The notes under the pieces: generated by a model
The model's input: only the letters and a program-made list of their open reading frames with translations
Told to the model about the DNA's origin: nothing
Database searches by the model: none
DNA from: Octopus vulgaris
Lineage: Eukaryota
NCBI GenBank assembly: GCA_951406725.2
Contig: OX597833.1
Coordinates: forward strand, 32,612,001 to 32,676,000
Reading direction: 5' to 3'
Length of the DNA stretch: 64,000 nucleotides
In this document: positions 1 through 12,017 of the stretch, piece after piece
How positions within the stretch are numbered: the stretch's first letter is position 1
Layout: each line of letters starts with the position of its first letter
Position numbers and translations under genes: made by a program

Positions 1-51
1 TCAAGAATAGACTTGCTAAGCCGACCAATGTCAGACTTAGTCGGGCAAATT

Positions 52-52
<1 letters not shown>

Positions 53-85
<33 letters not shown>

Positions 86-217
86 TGTATGTATGTATGT
101 ATGTATGTATGTATGTATGTATGTATGTATGTATGTATGTATGTATGTATGTATATATATATATATATATATAAACTTACACTCGTGTGTGTATGTGTAT
201 GCATATATATATATTTA

Positions 218-263
<46 letters not shown>

Positions 264-278
264 CATATATATATATAT
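53..278. repeat. (TATG)n followed by (TA)n microsatellite
   Basis: Directly visible; it generates the MYVC/YIHT/IY pseudo-ORFs. Similar tracts occur throughout the window. Confidence 0.98.
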
Positions 279-315
279 CTGTAAATGTAATATGTGGCAA
301 GTATTCGGTAGCCAT

Positions 316-376
316 GATAAAACTCCGAGTTTCGGATGCCGAGGTGGAAGTCCACGCCGCTACTTCTTCAGTTATC
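316..376 (-). ncRNA. Type I hammerhead ribozyme motif
   Basis: Minus strand reads GATAA-CTGAAGA-[stem II]-GAAA-CTCGGAG-TT-TTATC. Stem I GATAA/TTATC, stem III ACT/AGT, cleavage triplet GUU; stem II is weakened. Confidence 0.6.
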
Positions 377-401
377 TGTCCATCGGAAAAAAAAACCCCG
401 A

Positions 402-461
402 ATAACTGAAGAGATGGCGGCGTGGATTTCCACCTCGGCATCCGAAACTCAGAGTTTTATC
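402..461 (+). ncRNA. Type I hammerhead ribozyme motif
   Basis: ATAA-CTGAAGA(406-412)-GATG...GTGG ATTT CCAC...CATC-C-GAAA(444-447)-CTCAGAG-TT-TTAT. Confidence 0.65.
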
Positions 462-504
462 ATGGCTACTGAATAATTGTCACATATTACATTTACAGAT
501 ATAT

Positions 505-981
505 TATATTGAAGAGGCATTCGATAGCCATGTTGCAAAGGAACCTGAACCCAATGAGAGGTTTACTCAATGGGACCTGAATCTTAGTGCTGTCCATCAA
601 GGAGAGGAGGCCTTTATGCTGCGCATCAGCTTCCGTCCCAGTGAGACAACCCTTTCCTTCAGTATGAGTAGACGATAGTTTCCTGTTACTCCAGTATTTG
701 CAATGACTATAAACAAATCACAAGGGCAGAGCTTCAATAATGCTGGCCTCATTCTACCATCACCAGTATTCAGCCTCGGACAACTTTATGTTGCATTGAA
801 TAGAAGAACAAGCAGGAATAATATTAAAATGTTGGTAAAGAACCATACAAAACAAGGCAAACTTATTGGTGGTAGAGTTTTCACAACAAACGTTGTGTTG
901 AAACAGTTATTAAGATAAAGGTTGTATTTTATTTTCCGCATAATTTTCATGTCGTCATTTCTGACGGCACGAGAACACTAG
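505..981 (+). mobile_element. Helitron 3' end with PIF1-like helicase C-terminal remnant
   Basis: Translation FAMTINKSQGQSF...VFSLGQLYVAL matches PIF1/RepHel C-terminal motifs, with an upstream in-frame stop. Subterminal hairpin ATGTCGTCA-TTTC-TGACGGCAC (949-970) and terminal CTAG (978-981) followed by T. Confidence 0.9.
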
Positions 982-1041
982 TATACATATACTGTACACA
1001 CACATGCATACATGGGTTAAAGTGTGTTTTGTGTGTGGAGG

Positions 1042-1072
<31 letters not shown>

Positions 1073-1090
1073 CATACATACATACATACA

Positions 1091-1122
<32 letters not shown>

Positions 1123-2156
1123 CGCATGTACACGCTCAACAAAATTCTGCACATTTTCCATGACATTTCACTCAAATATTTTGGCGAACCCAATACTTTT
1201 GCTCAATATAGAATGATCTCAAGTAAGTGATTTACATAGATCACTCGTATTTTTGAATTAACTGCTTGCGATTTGAACACCCAAACATGCAACTCTTCAT
1301 GGAAGCACTCTTAACCGACTGAAATGGCTCGGTTGAAAGAAAACGAACATAACGGATCAATCTTTTTCGTGAAGTCAAAAGCGGAAGTATTCCCTCGACA
1401 GCGAATGCTTGATTTATCATTGTCCCATTTCGTCAAACGTCTACTTTGCTGATTAATATCGCTTCCCTAACACTGTTAGATTATCGTATCAGTTTGCATA
1501 CAGCCTCAACTCGCACAAAAAATTAAAAATAACAAATTAAAAAAACTTCAGAAAACAGGGGATAGAAAAGCAAATGTAAAAACAAGATACAAACAAAAAT
1601 ATGGGCCAGAGGCAGTATGATGAGTGACGGGGGACGGGATATAAGAGCGCCTAAAGCTAAAATATAAAGGATGGCATTAAATATTGTTGACAGGTTGTTA
1701 CCACATGTTCTGGAAAGGGACTGCCCTTTGTTGTTCGTGAAGTTGTTGTAGTTGTTGTTAGCGTAGTCTTTTTGTTGAGATTTTGTTGCTGTTAGTATTA
1801 ATGTCGATCGTCTGGAATAAGGAGTTAAGATAGATAAAATTCGGATCCCTGGCGTAATTAATTTAAGGAAAATTGGGGTAAGCTGACCTAATTTTCACTG
1901 AAAACATTGAGTAACCTAAGACAGAAGGAATACAAATGATTCCTGGAATTTTAATCATGTATATTTAGGTCGAAGAGAAAATATTTGTTCCTCCAATTTA
2001 ACCAAACCAAATCCTAACTGTAAAATGAGATGTGATTTAACTACAAAAGCCAAAACGCAAATCTGGAAGTAAGTGTAATACTACTACTGGATAGCAGAGG
2101 GTGAATCTGAAGGTGGACGAGTTTTATACCGTACTCTACCACGTTCTTAACAGAAT

Positions 2157-2227
<71 letters not shown>

Positions 2228-2234
<7 letters not shown>

Positions 2235-2340
2235 TTATTCTGTCGGTCTCTTCTTGCCGAATCGCTAAGTTACGGAGACGTAAACACACCAATATTGGTT
2301 GCCAAACGATGGCAGAGGCACAAACACAAACACACACATA
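2228..2340 (-). mobile_element. Fragment of SINE family A
   Basis: Matches the GTACTTATTC...CGAATCGCTAAGTTACGG...AAACACACC segment of the full copies at 23897 and 59405. Confidence 0.75.
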
Positions 2341-2929
2341 CTTTTATGTATTATGTATGTATGTATGTATGTATGTGTATGGTCACTTTCGAGTACTACT
2401 GGTACTGGTAACATGTAACCCAGTACAACCTGCTGCATGGTCGGGTCGTCGGCGACTAAACCGGCAACCCCACCAAGCTTGCTTGGTGAGGAGGGTGTTT
2501 ATTGGATACCCTGCTGGATGAAAAACAAAACGCGTCAAAGGGCGGAGGGACTCTTGAGAGTCTACGGCCATCCAATAAATGCCTTAAGGAGGTATCATGC
2601 GCGGGGACATAGAAATAATCGGACTGAATACCCGATCGCGCGGTTAAACCATTGGGAGTGAAGGACTCCAAGCCTTTGTTAGGGCATCCTTCTAGGAGAA
2701 GGTAACTCAGGTAACTGGGATAACTCCGACATAAAACCTGCGGCTCAGTGGTTACCGATGATGTTGACTTGTTCTTCTTTTCGGATTATGGCTGCTGTTG
2801 CTTAGTGAGTGGGATTGACTCAGTGCACAGCTTTTCCTCACTTTAAAAAAAATCTTTTTGCACAGGTATTGCACGATAACTACATTGGATTGATTAAAGT
2901 GATTAACTAATTCATGACTGTTGATAGTG

Positions 2930-3176
2930 CTGTGAGTCTCAACTGAATGGTCAAGCAGTGTCCGTACATTCCAGCAGCCAATATTCATTATTTTCTTTGG
3001 TTCTATCACAGTAGCATGATGACGGCCGGGTTCAGACTGTGATGCTCTGGAGCCCCTGCCGGGCCAGACTCTTTCAGCCGATGTGGTTCCAGATTCCTTA
3101 CTGCCATTTATTTTTATACTGTTTTGGTACATCATTGATTTTTGTTTTTTAAGATATTGGGGGGGATTGGCCGACC
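2930..3176 (-). pseudogene. Inverted N-terminus of the RTE ORF (start of the AP endonuclease)
   Basis: Minus-strand ORF 2752..3135 contains MNIGCWNVRTLLD, the APE motif I of RTE-clade elements. Confidence 0.85.
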
Positions 3177-5530
3177 CTTAAAAAGTCAGTTTATGATATA
3201 GGCAAAAAAGTTTTGGGATTGATACAAAGAAAGCATCAAGATTGGTTCAAAGAAAATGATGAACATATAGATGATTTATTGGCTGATAAAAGACGTACTT
3301 TGTCACGCTATTTGTCAGCAAAGTCACAGGAAAGGGAAGTGTTGCATAGGGAACTCAAGGACGTAAAATCACGTGTGAGGCAAAAGCTCTCTCAGATGAG
3401 GGATACGTGGTGGAGTAAGAAGGCTGACGAGATACAGGCGGCATCAGATTCCAATAACACAAAGCTGTTGTATGGTCCCTTGCGAGAAGTTTATGGACCG
3501 ACATCTTCCCTGATGATACCAATTCGAAGCAGGGATGGTAAAGAACTTCGTGATTCACAAGGAATTCTGCAAAGGTGGCAAGAACACTTTGATGAACTTT
3601 TGAATCAGCAGTCTGTAGTTAGTGAGGATGTTCTCAATCTCATCCCTGGATTGCCTGTGAAGGCAGCACTCGCAGAACCACCAAAGTTGGAAGAAGTTGC
3701 AATGGCTGTCACAAGGTTGAATAATGGGAAGTCTCCGGGTATGGATGGCATACATGCGAAGTTGTTACAGCATGGTAGTGAGAAAATTCTGCAGAAACTT
3801 CACTCTTTGTTTGGTAAGGTATGGACTAGTGAATCTGTACCTGAGGACGGAGAGATGCAGTAATGGTGGTCCTGTATAAGGCAACAGGAATGATTGTGGT
3901 AATTATAGGGGAATATCATTACTGTCTGCTGTAGGAAAGGTTTTATGCAGGATACTTCTGGATCGTCTGCTGAAATACATTGCAGATTGTGTTCTTCCAG
4001 AAAGTCAATCTGGCTTTCGTGTGGGACGCGGCACTGCTGATATGATCTTTTCAGCTAGACAGCTTCAGGAAAAGTGTGTGGAACAGGGTCTGGATTTGTA
4101 TCAGGTGTTTGTCGATCTGACAAAAGCTTTTGACACCGTCAATAGAAAAGCATTGCGGAAAGTCCTCCAGAAACTTGGGTGTCCTGAAAAGTTCCTTGCT
4201 TTGGTTAGGTCTTTTCATGAAGACATGAATGGTAGGGTGAATGTTAGAGGGAAGATGTTGGAGCCCATTTCAATACAAAATAGAGTGAAACAGGGGGATA
4301 TTCTGGCACCGACCCTATTTTCCATATATTTCGCGATGGTGTTCTGTATTGCATTCAGAAACTGCAGATACGGTGTTTGCGTCCATTATCGAACCTCTGG
4401 CAGCATATTTAATATCAGGCGCCTTGCTGCAAAAACAAAGATATTTACCTCTATCATAAGAGACCTTTTGTATGCTGATGATTGTGAGCTAGTAGCACAC
4501 ACAGAGATTGATATGCAACACATTTTGAATGCATTCTCTGATGCTTGCACTGCCTTAGGATTGACAGTCAATCTCAAGAAAACTGTTGTCATGCATCAAC
4601 CTGCCCCTGGTAAGCAGTATAGTGTACCAAATATCTATGTGAATGGTAAACGACTTGATGTAGTCGATCAGTTTGTCTACCTGGGAAGCACTATTAATAG
4701 ATATGGCAATGTGGATGATGAAGTTCCATATAGAATTAGGAAAGCATGTGTTGCTTTCGGAAGGCTAGAAAAGCGCCTCTGGAGTCGGCGAGACATATAC
4801 AGAAAGACAAAGATAAAGGTGTACAAGGCATGTGTGCTCCCTTCTCTTCTCTATGCCTGCGAGACGTGGGTCACATATCGATACCCCCTTAAACATCTGG
4901 AACGTTTCCATCAGATGTGCCTCAGACGGATGTACATCATTAAGTGGAAGGACCGCATCAGTGATCTTGAAATACTTGAAGGCTCTCGGTGTGTAAGTAT
5001 GTATAAGGACTTTCTGAAGGCTTCCTTAAGAGATGCTTGCATCTCTCCTGACACATGGGAAGGCATAGCTATTGATCGTAGCAGGTGGAGAATGATTGTG
5101 CATGAGGGGAGAACCACGTTTGATAAATCTCGAGTTGCACATGAGAAAGTAAGGAGGGATGTCAGGAAGGGCATCGCTGTTACACTTCCAGAAGGGAAGG
5201 GTCTTCCTTTGATTCTGACATGCAATGTCTGTGCAAGACCCTGCCTCAGTAAAGCTGGACTCATGAGTCATCTTCGTTGTCATAAAACGAGACAGATGAG
5301 TGACAACCTGGCCACTGGTGGTGGTGTAACACACCATACTAATCATATCTGTCGGGCATGTGGAAGAGAGTGTAATTCGGCAGGAGGACTTAAACGACAT
5401 GCAAAGGTACATGAAGCCCAGTTACAACTACATCGGCTATTGCCAGTAAAGGTCTTAGTTGCCAATTTTGTACAAGACATTGTAGATCATTAGCTGGGCT
5501 AAAAAATAAAGTCACATTCGATCACACCAG
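3177..5530 (+). pseudogene. RTE reverse transcriptase with three C2H2 zinc fingers
   Basis: RKHQDWF, GKSPGMDGI, VFVDLTKAFDTV, VKQGDILAPTLF, LLYADD, FVYLGS, LLYACETW. Frameshift near 3850, in-frame deletion near 5000. Fingers CNVC...HLRCH and CRAC...HAKVH, plus a frameshifted CQFC...SHIRSH. Confidence 0.93.
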
Positions 5531-7541
5531 TAACAGTTAAGCTTCGTGCAATGGCCATACTCGATAACGAGGGGGCAGCCATAAAATGTATGTATGTATG
5601 TATGTATGTATAAAGTACGAAGGTCACAGACACGAATAGCTAGAAACCAGGTGGGAATGATGTTCTATGGGGAAGCTAAGAAGGGAGGAATAGGTAGATG
5701 TGAAGATTGATGTAACAGTGTGTATCTCTCCACTGAAAACAGTCTAAAAAGGAGCGGTGCATTTGTATTAGTGTAGTGTGTGTATGTATGTGTGTGCAAA
5801 TGTATAGAAAGTGACATTATTTAGTGATGGGGGCGTAGTGTGAAAGCGTGTATATGAGGTGAGAGGGTGTGCGAGTGTATGAGAATTAGGATTTGATGAA
5901 GTGGTATGTTAGAACAAAAGCAAAGGGAAAGATGTTATTGGTGCATTTGCCAGTGCACAACAAAACACGTAGAGGTGAGAAAACGAATTTAGGTGTTTAG
6001 TGGCAAAACAAAGAGTGAAAGTTATTAAAATTTCAGTTTTAAAATGGGAGGAAAATGTTGAATTCTATGATGAATAGTCAAAATTATAGTCAGTAAAAGA
6101 AATTGATAACTTATCCTGTGAATGGTAAAGGTGTCGAGGAAACAGTTTAAATCACGAAAAAGATGAATATAGTTTCTATACGATTTCTGCCATTATCTAG
6201 TATCATAGTGAAGAATGCTGTTATCATTTATCAGTGAACAAATGTGCGAGACAGCGGTTTTAAACCTACTGGAACACAACATTTTGGGGTTATGACTGAC
6301 CCGTTTTTAATAACCCGGTTTCATTCCGCAACCCTTTGATTGTTTATGTATGTATGTTTTCATACCATTTTGTGGTTGATGTTTTTCCGAGTGTCCGTAT
6401 TACTGTGGATGCTATTGATTATAGTAATTTAAATAGCTGATTTTTTAAATATCTTTGGAACGCCGGTTACTGGTATTTGGTGTGTGTATGTGTGTGAGTG
6501 TGAAAGACAGAGAGAGGGAGAGAGCAAGAGAGAGAGAGTGGGTGAGGGACAAGATGCACGTATTTCTGAGTGCGCACATTTTTCCCGGCGTAAATCAGTG
6601 TAGGATGTTTACAACAGCGAGAATATAGCCACTGAATCGGTGCTTTTGAACAAAGAATCTCTTTTGTACTTGTTACGTCCGAATTCCACAAAGAAACAAT
6701 TGTCATTCTTGCCAAAATAAACTAGTGATAGGCACGTTGGAAACTTCTAACTAATGACGGTATTGTTCAGGAAATACATGATATAAAATAAATTAGTATT
6801 TATCTCAATTAGAGAGTGGATGTAAAGGGTTCTAGAATGAAACAATTACGTGACAAACTGGTTGCAGAAATTCCTTAACTGAATATGATGTTCTTCCAGA
6901 GTGTTGGTTTCTCTTAAATGTTTAGAGGAATGTTTGACAGGCAGACAACCACCGCCTTATTGTAAGAACACTATCCACGTTTACCACTATGTTTTCATAA
7001 AACTTATCATCTATATTGGCTTACGTATGTTAGTGCCTTAGATTTATTTTACTGCGCATATGGTTATATGCACAAATGTATGTATACATGTATGTGTATA
7101 TATATTTGGTTTTGGGGCTACGGTAGTTGTCATTGCTAGTATATGTGTATGTATGTTTGCATCCCTCTCTCCCTCTCTTTCCTAACCCCTCTTTCTACGC
7201 ATTGTGTGTGTGTGTGCGTGCATACATATTCTTAATGTATATATCTCATTACATCTCTACTTCTGTCCCTATATTGATGAGTCAATCTTTCTTCTTGCCA
7301 CTTACCCTTTTAATATTTTCTTAATCCTCCACCCCTCTCATTACACAGCCAAAGCAAAATCCGTGTTCCTGTTGTATGGCACTGAGAGAAAAGCAAGTCA
7401 ACGAAAGCAAGACACGAGAATTGCTCTTCTAACATGTGTTTCTTCTTACATAAAGTATCTCAAAAGATATGGAAGGCAACATTATTGAAATGGTGCTATA
7501 ACTATTGTTTTGACATCCAAAATATTAAAACGCGTTAAAGA

Positions 7542-8565
7542 TATACAGGTGATATGTTAAATTATATGATAACCTTTTAGAGAAAGAAATAATTAAAAAA
7601 TATAAAATTGTTCCAGATAGTAAACTTTATAATATTAATAAGGCCTCTAAATAATGTAACCTAGAATTACTCTGAAAGACCATAAAGATAATTTTTATTC
7701 AGACCCTAAAGTTAGATTAATTTGTCCATGTAAATCTGACCTTGGTAAATTGAGTAAACTTATTTTAGATAAATATATTAATAAATTAAATAAACTTAAT
7801 TACTTAAAATTATGGTTTAGTAATGATAATACTTTGAATTGGTTTAATAATATTAAAGATAAAAATCGATATAAATTTATTCAAATAGATATAGATAATT
7901 ACTATTCTTCTATTAATGAAATTGTGTTTAATAAGGCCCTTATTTTTGCAATGAATAAAGTGGGAATGACAATTGAAGAAGTTAATGTAATTAAAATGGC
8001 TAGGAAATCGTTTATTAAATATAAAAATAAATTATGGGCTAGGAAAGGTACTAGGGACTTTTTTGATATACATATGGGAGCACCTGATTCTGCACAAGCT
8101 ACGGATTTAGTAGGTATTTATCTTTTATCTGAACTCCAATTAGAAAATTTAAAAATAGAGGGTGGTTTATATAGGGATGACCTTCTACTAATTACTAAGA
8201 ATTGCACTAATAGGAACCTAGAAGTATATAAGAAAAAACTTTATAGTTTCTTTAAAAGATATGGTTTAAGTATTACTATATATAATGAGAATTTTAATGT
8301 TAATTATTTAGATGTTAATTTTAATCTAATTACAGGTAAAACACAACCATATCATAAATTTAATGAGAACCTTAGATATATAAATGTTAATAGTAATCAC
8401 CCACCATCAATTAAAAAATCGTTGATTAATAATATAAGTAAACGTATATCATTACTTTCTTATGATTTAGAGATTTTTAATAAACATGCTCCTTATTACA
8501 ATGAGGCCCTTAGAGAAGCAGGTTATAATAGTAATATTAATTTTTTATTAAAAATAAAGATATAA
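7542..8565 (+). pseudogene. PLE reverse transcriptase (Naiad-like)
   Basis: ITLKDHKDNF..PKVRLICPCKSDLGKLSK, FIQIDIDNYYSSI, FDIHMGAPDSAQATDLVG, GLYRDD, YLDVNF, YINVNSNHPPSI. Confidence 0.9.
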
Positions 8566-8762
8566 CTAATAATATTAGAGATAAAAATATTAATAATAAT
8601 TATAATAATTTTGTTAGTAATAGTGGTAATAATATTAGAAATTATAAAAATAAAAATAATATAAATAAAAATAAGAATAAAAATAAAAATAAAATTAATA
8701 ACTTTAATAATTCTTTAAATGTTAATTATAAATTTAAATCTAATAATAATAATAATAATAAT

Positions 8763-9538
8763 ATGATAAAGAAATATAATAATAACAATAATAATGACAG
8801 TTTTAATAATAAGAAGGAAAATAAGAATAAAATTTGCTTAATAGTTTCTTATGGTGCTCAAGTTAAAACGAACATGATTAAAGAGATTTTAGATGTTATT
8901 GAACAATTTATTCGAGATAATCGTAAATATAAAAACATTTTCTCTAGTAATAATTTTGGCGTAGGTTATTCCACCACTAATAGTGTAGGTAACATTATTT
9001 CTTCTTTTAACAAATTTAAACTGAATAATTTTTATAAAAATAAATTATATAAAAATACCAATAATAAAGATAAGACACTAATTAACTGTACACGTAGAGA
9101 TAAGACTAATGTAAATTAAATTATAAATGTGATATTAACGATGTAGTGTATAAATGTATAGTTACATTACATGATGAGAATAATAATAATAATAATAACT
9201 CAAACGCAATATATATAGGGTCCACTTCCTCTAAAATAAAATTAAGAATCGCACAACATATGAATTCATTTAAAAATAAAAACTTAATTAACTCCACTGG
9301 ATTTAGCAAGTACATTTGGGGACTTAAATCCCAAAATATTAATTATAATTTATCTTGGGAAATAATTAGTAAAACTAAATCATATAGTATAGGAGCGAAT
9401 TTTTGTTATTTATGTTCTAATGAGTTTAAGGAAATTTTATTTTATAAGCATGATAATTTACTGAATATCTGTGATGAGCGCAAAATAAAATGCAGACACA
9501 AGTTACTTTACTTATATAATAAATTTCTTGATAAATAA
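8763..9538 (+). pseudogene. PLE linker and GIY-YIG endonuclease, frameshifted near 9110
   Basis: VKTNMIKEIL..KNIFSSNNFGVGYS; VYKCIV...YIGSTSSKIKLRIAQH...STGFSKYIWGLK...CYLCSNE...CRHK. Confidence 0.88.
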
Positions 9539-11776
9539 TGAATATTTCTTAGCCTTAATTAGCTCCCTATTTGTTGTTTTATGTAATAGTATTCTAAATA
9601 TAGCAGGTGATTTGTAGTACATATTATATTAGTTTATTTTAGTTATTTAGGTTCTGTTTTTAATTATAGTTAGATTATATATAGTTGTTCATTTTATTCC
9701 TAAATATTTTATTACTAAATATATTTTTAATAAATATTTAATGGTTTATTGAATATAGAGTCTGGTAAGTTACAATTTTATTTATTTTATATATTTTGTT
9801 ATATTTCTGTTATAACTTCGTTAAATTATAATTTTTGTTATATTAATCTATTTGTATGTAATCTCTTTATATTTGAAATAGATTTATTTAGTTGTTTATT
9901 TAATCTATTTTATTTAATATAGAAGTATAGATTAGTAGATTAATCATTTAGATTTAACTTAATATTTACCTCTATTTTGTATTGTAGTATAATTATAGAC
10001 ATTTATATATGTATTTATTATATTATATATGTGGTTGTGTGTGTATGTATATATGTGTATATGATGATGTGTGTGAATATATATGTATATGTATATACAT
10101 TTATTTATTTATGTGTGTGTTTGTGGGTGTGTATATATAGGTGTAAGTGTATATATTGAGTATTGTATGTATGTACATGTATGTATGAGTGTGCATATGT
10201 GTATGTGTGTATGTGTGCGTATATATGTGTGTATATATGTATATGTATGTATGTGTGTATGTATGTGTATATGTGTATGTATATGTATATGTATATATAT
10301 ATATATGTATATATATATGTATATATATATGCATATATATATATGTATATGTATGTATATTTTTTAATATATTTATGTATACGTATGTATAGTTATATTA
10401 CAAATTTTGATAAGTATTTATAGATTTGGTTATGATCACTAATTTTAGCTTATAATTATAAAGGCATGGGAAAGACTTTATAGTATGTTGAGGGGTTACT
10501 ATTTAAATAAATTTTTATATATTTATTAATCTTTAAGATTTTTAGAATATATTTAATAATTAGTGGTTTTTAATCATTTAAATCATTTAATTTATTTTGT
10601 ATTAAATTTCATTTATCATAGTTATTTTATTAATAAATATTATAGTATAGAGAGATTTTATTCTTTATTTGTGACTTTATTCTATTTACAATGATAAGCA
10701 AATAATTTTCCCGTTCACAATCATTAATAAAACGTAGGTTCCTCACGCGTAATGAATTCTTCAACAATTTATTCTTTTTTTTGCTAATAACGTAATTCCA
10801 CGAGTATGCTAATAAACGCTGTAAAGACGTTTTCCGATTCAACATTTTAGTTCATTGCTAAACCTCGCTAAGATAAGTATGTATTTATTTAAGATCTTCA
10901 AATTGTAAATTGTAATATTGTATAAGTCTTTGGAGTAATAATATTCTCCTTATGTAAATATCGTTGTTTTTGTAATGATCTAATTATCGTAATTTTCTAT
11001 ATTATTAGATATTAAATTTAAGTTTATTCGTAAGATACTACTTAGTGATAGATTTGTTATTTGATAACAAGCATACGAGGTGTATTAAGTTAGGCTTTTG
11101 TATATACATGTTTTAATAGTATTAATTGTAGTTTTAAATTTATAATTAAATTAGATAAACTTTGATAAACTTAGATATGTTTCGACTAAAGATTGGTCCA
11201 GGCCATGTCTAATTTAATAGCATAACTTAGTTATTCCCATTGATAATTATATTTATAGTATTTATAGTATTTATTCGATACTATATTACTACGAATTGAT
11301 TATTTCTAAAAGTATTTTACATAAGATTTCCGAAAGTTCGTTTAAGTTTGTTTATTTGTATTTTGAAATTAGCTATTTCATCTTTAAATATGAAAAATTA
11401 AATTTATTAGGTTTCTATTATAAGTGCATATACATTTATTTATTGAGATTATTTTAGATCTTAATTATAATATTTATATACGTTTATATATTTTCATTGA
11501 TAATTTATATATATTAGTCATTTTAAAATATTTATGTAATTAGATATAGACTAATACCGATATTAAATTATGGGTGGGTTTCCTACCTTATAAATTAAAA
11601 TTAATATTTAACATTATAGTCGATTTTGATATAATCATAATTGTTAAGTTCTATGTTTCTAGTTTGATAATAGAGTTAAATACTATAATAGTGTTTATTA
11701 TAAGTAAAATTATTATATTATTTATATCTTAAAAATATTGTTTAAATATTTCTGATTATATTTTAGATATTTCAAT

Positions 11777-11846
11777 TACCTGAAGATTGACTGTAACCAT
11801 AACTCGAATTATTACGAATTGGACAGCCATGAAACGATCGTAGTGT
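11777..11846 (+). ncRNA. Type I hammerhead ribozyme in the PLE 3' terminus
   Basis: TAC-CTGAAGA(11780-11786)-TTGACTGT...ACAGCCAT-GAAA(11831-11834)-CGATCG-TA-GTG. Stem III is the palindrome ACGATCGT; triplet GUA. Confidence 0.75.
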
Positions 11847-11975
11847 TATACTCATTATCTTTTATTAAACTTTTAATACTTTTGATATATATTTAAAATA
11901 ATATAAATTAATTAATTTTATGTATTGGCTTAAGTTTTTCATTGTTTGATTTGCCTAATAGTGGTTTTATCACTA

Positions 11976-12017
<42 letters not shown>

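Larger units (their letters stand above)
274..503. repeat. Long inverted repeat (about 100-bp arms), probably inverted Penelope-like termini
   Basis: 274-375 is the reverse complement of about 402-503 with a few mismatches and a spacer of about 25 nt. Confidence 0.92.
2381..5585 (+). mobile_element. RTE/BovB-like LINE, rearranged and frameshifted
   Basis: GC-richer 5' UTR with AGGGCATCCTTCTAGGAGAAGG, inverted APE N-terminus, RT ORF pieces, C-terminal zinc fingers; flanked on both sides by (TATG)n. Confidence 0.93.
7542..11980 (+). mobile_element. Penelope-like element, Naiad-type, 5'-truncated, with a long AT-rich 3' region ending at (TA)n
   Basis: RT and GIY-YIG pieces, an HHR near the 3' end, and a terminus CATTGTTTGATTTGCCTAATAGTGGTTTTATCACTAATTTA shared with 56451-56500. 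Confidence 0.85.

Noticed and set aside
2381-2560. HDV-like or twister ribozyme at the RTE 5' end
   Set aside because: Hairpins are present (e.g. CACCAAGC-TT-GCTTGGTG), but I could not fit the nested pseudoknot or the twister consensus.
1500-7100. Purine- or pyrimidine-skewed stretches outside the RTE (about 1500-2160 and 5620-7050; similar at 29150-29720, 42340-42790, 60760-61130)
   Set aside because: Probably very old retroelement debris, but I could not recover diagnostic motifs to support a call.
9060-11000. Selenoprotein-type Naiad (in-frame UGA plus SECIS)
   Set aside because: The Cys positions I can read are ordinary Cys codons or point mutations, I see no in-frame TGA in the endonuclease ORF, and no convincing SECIS by eye. 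SECISearch on the family consensus would settle it.
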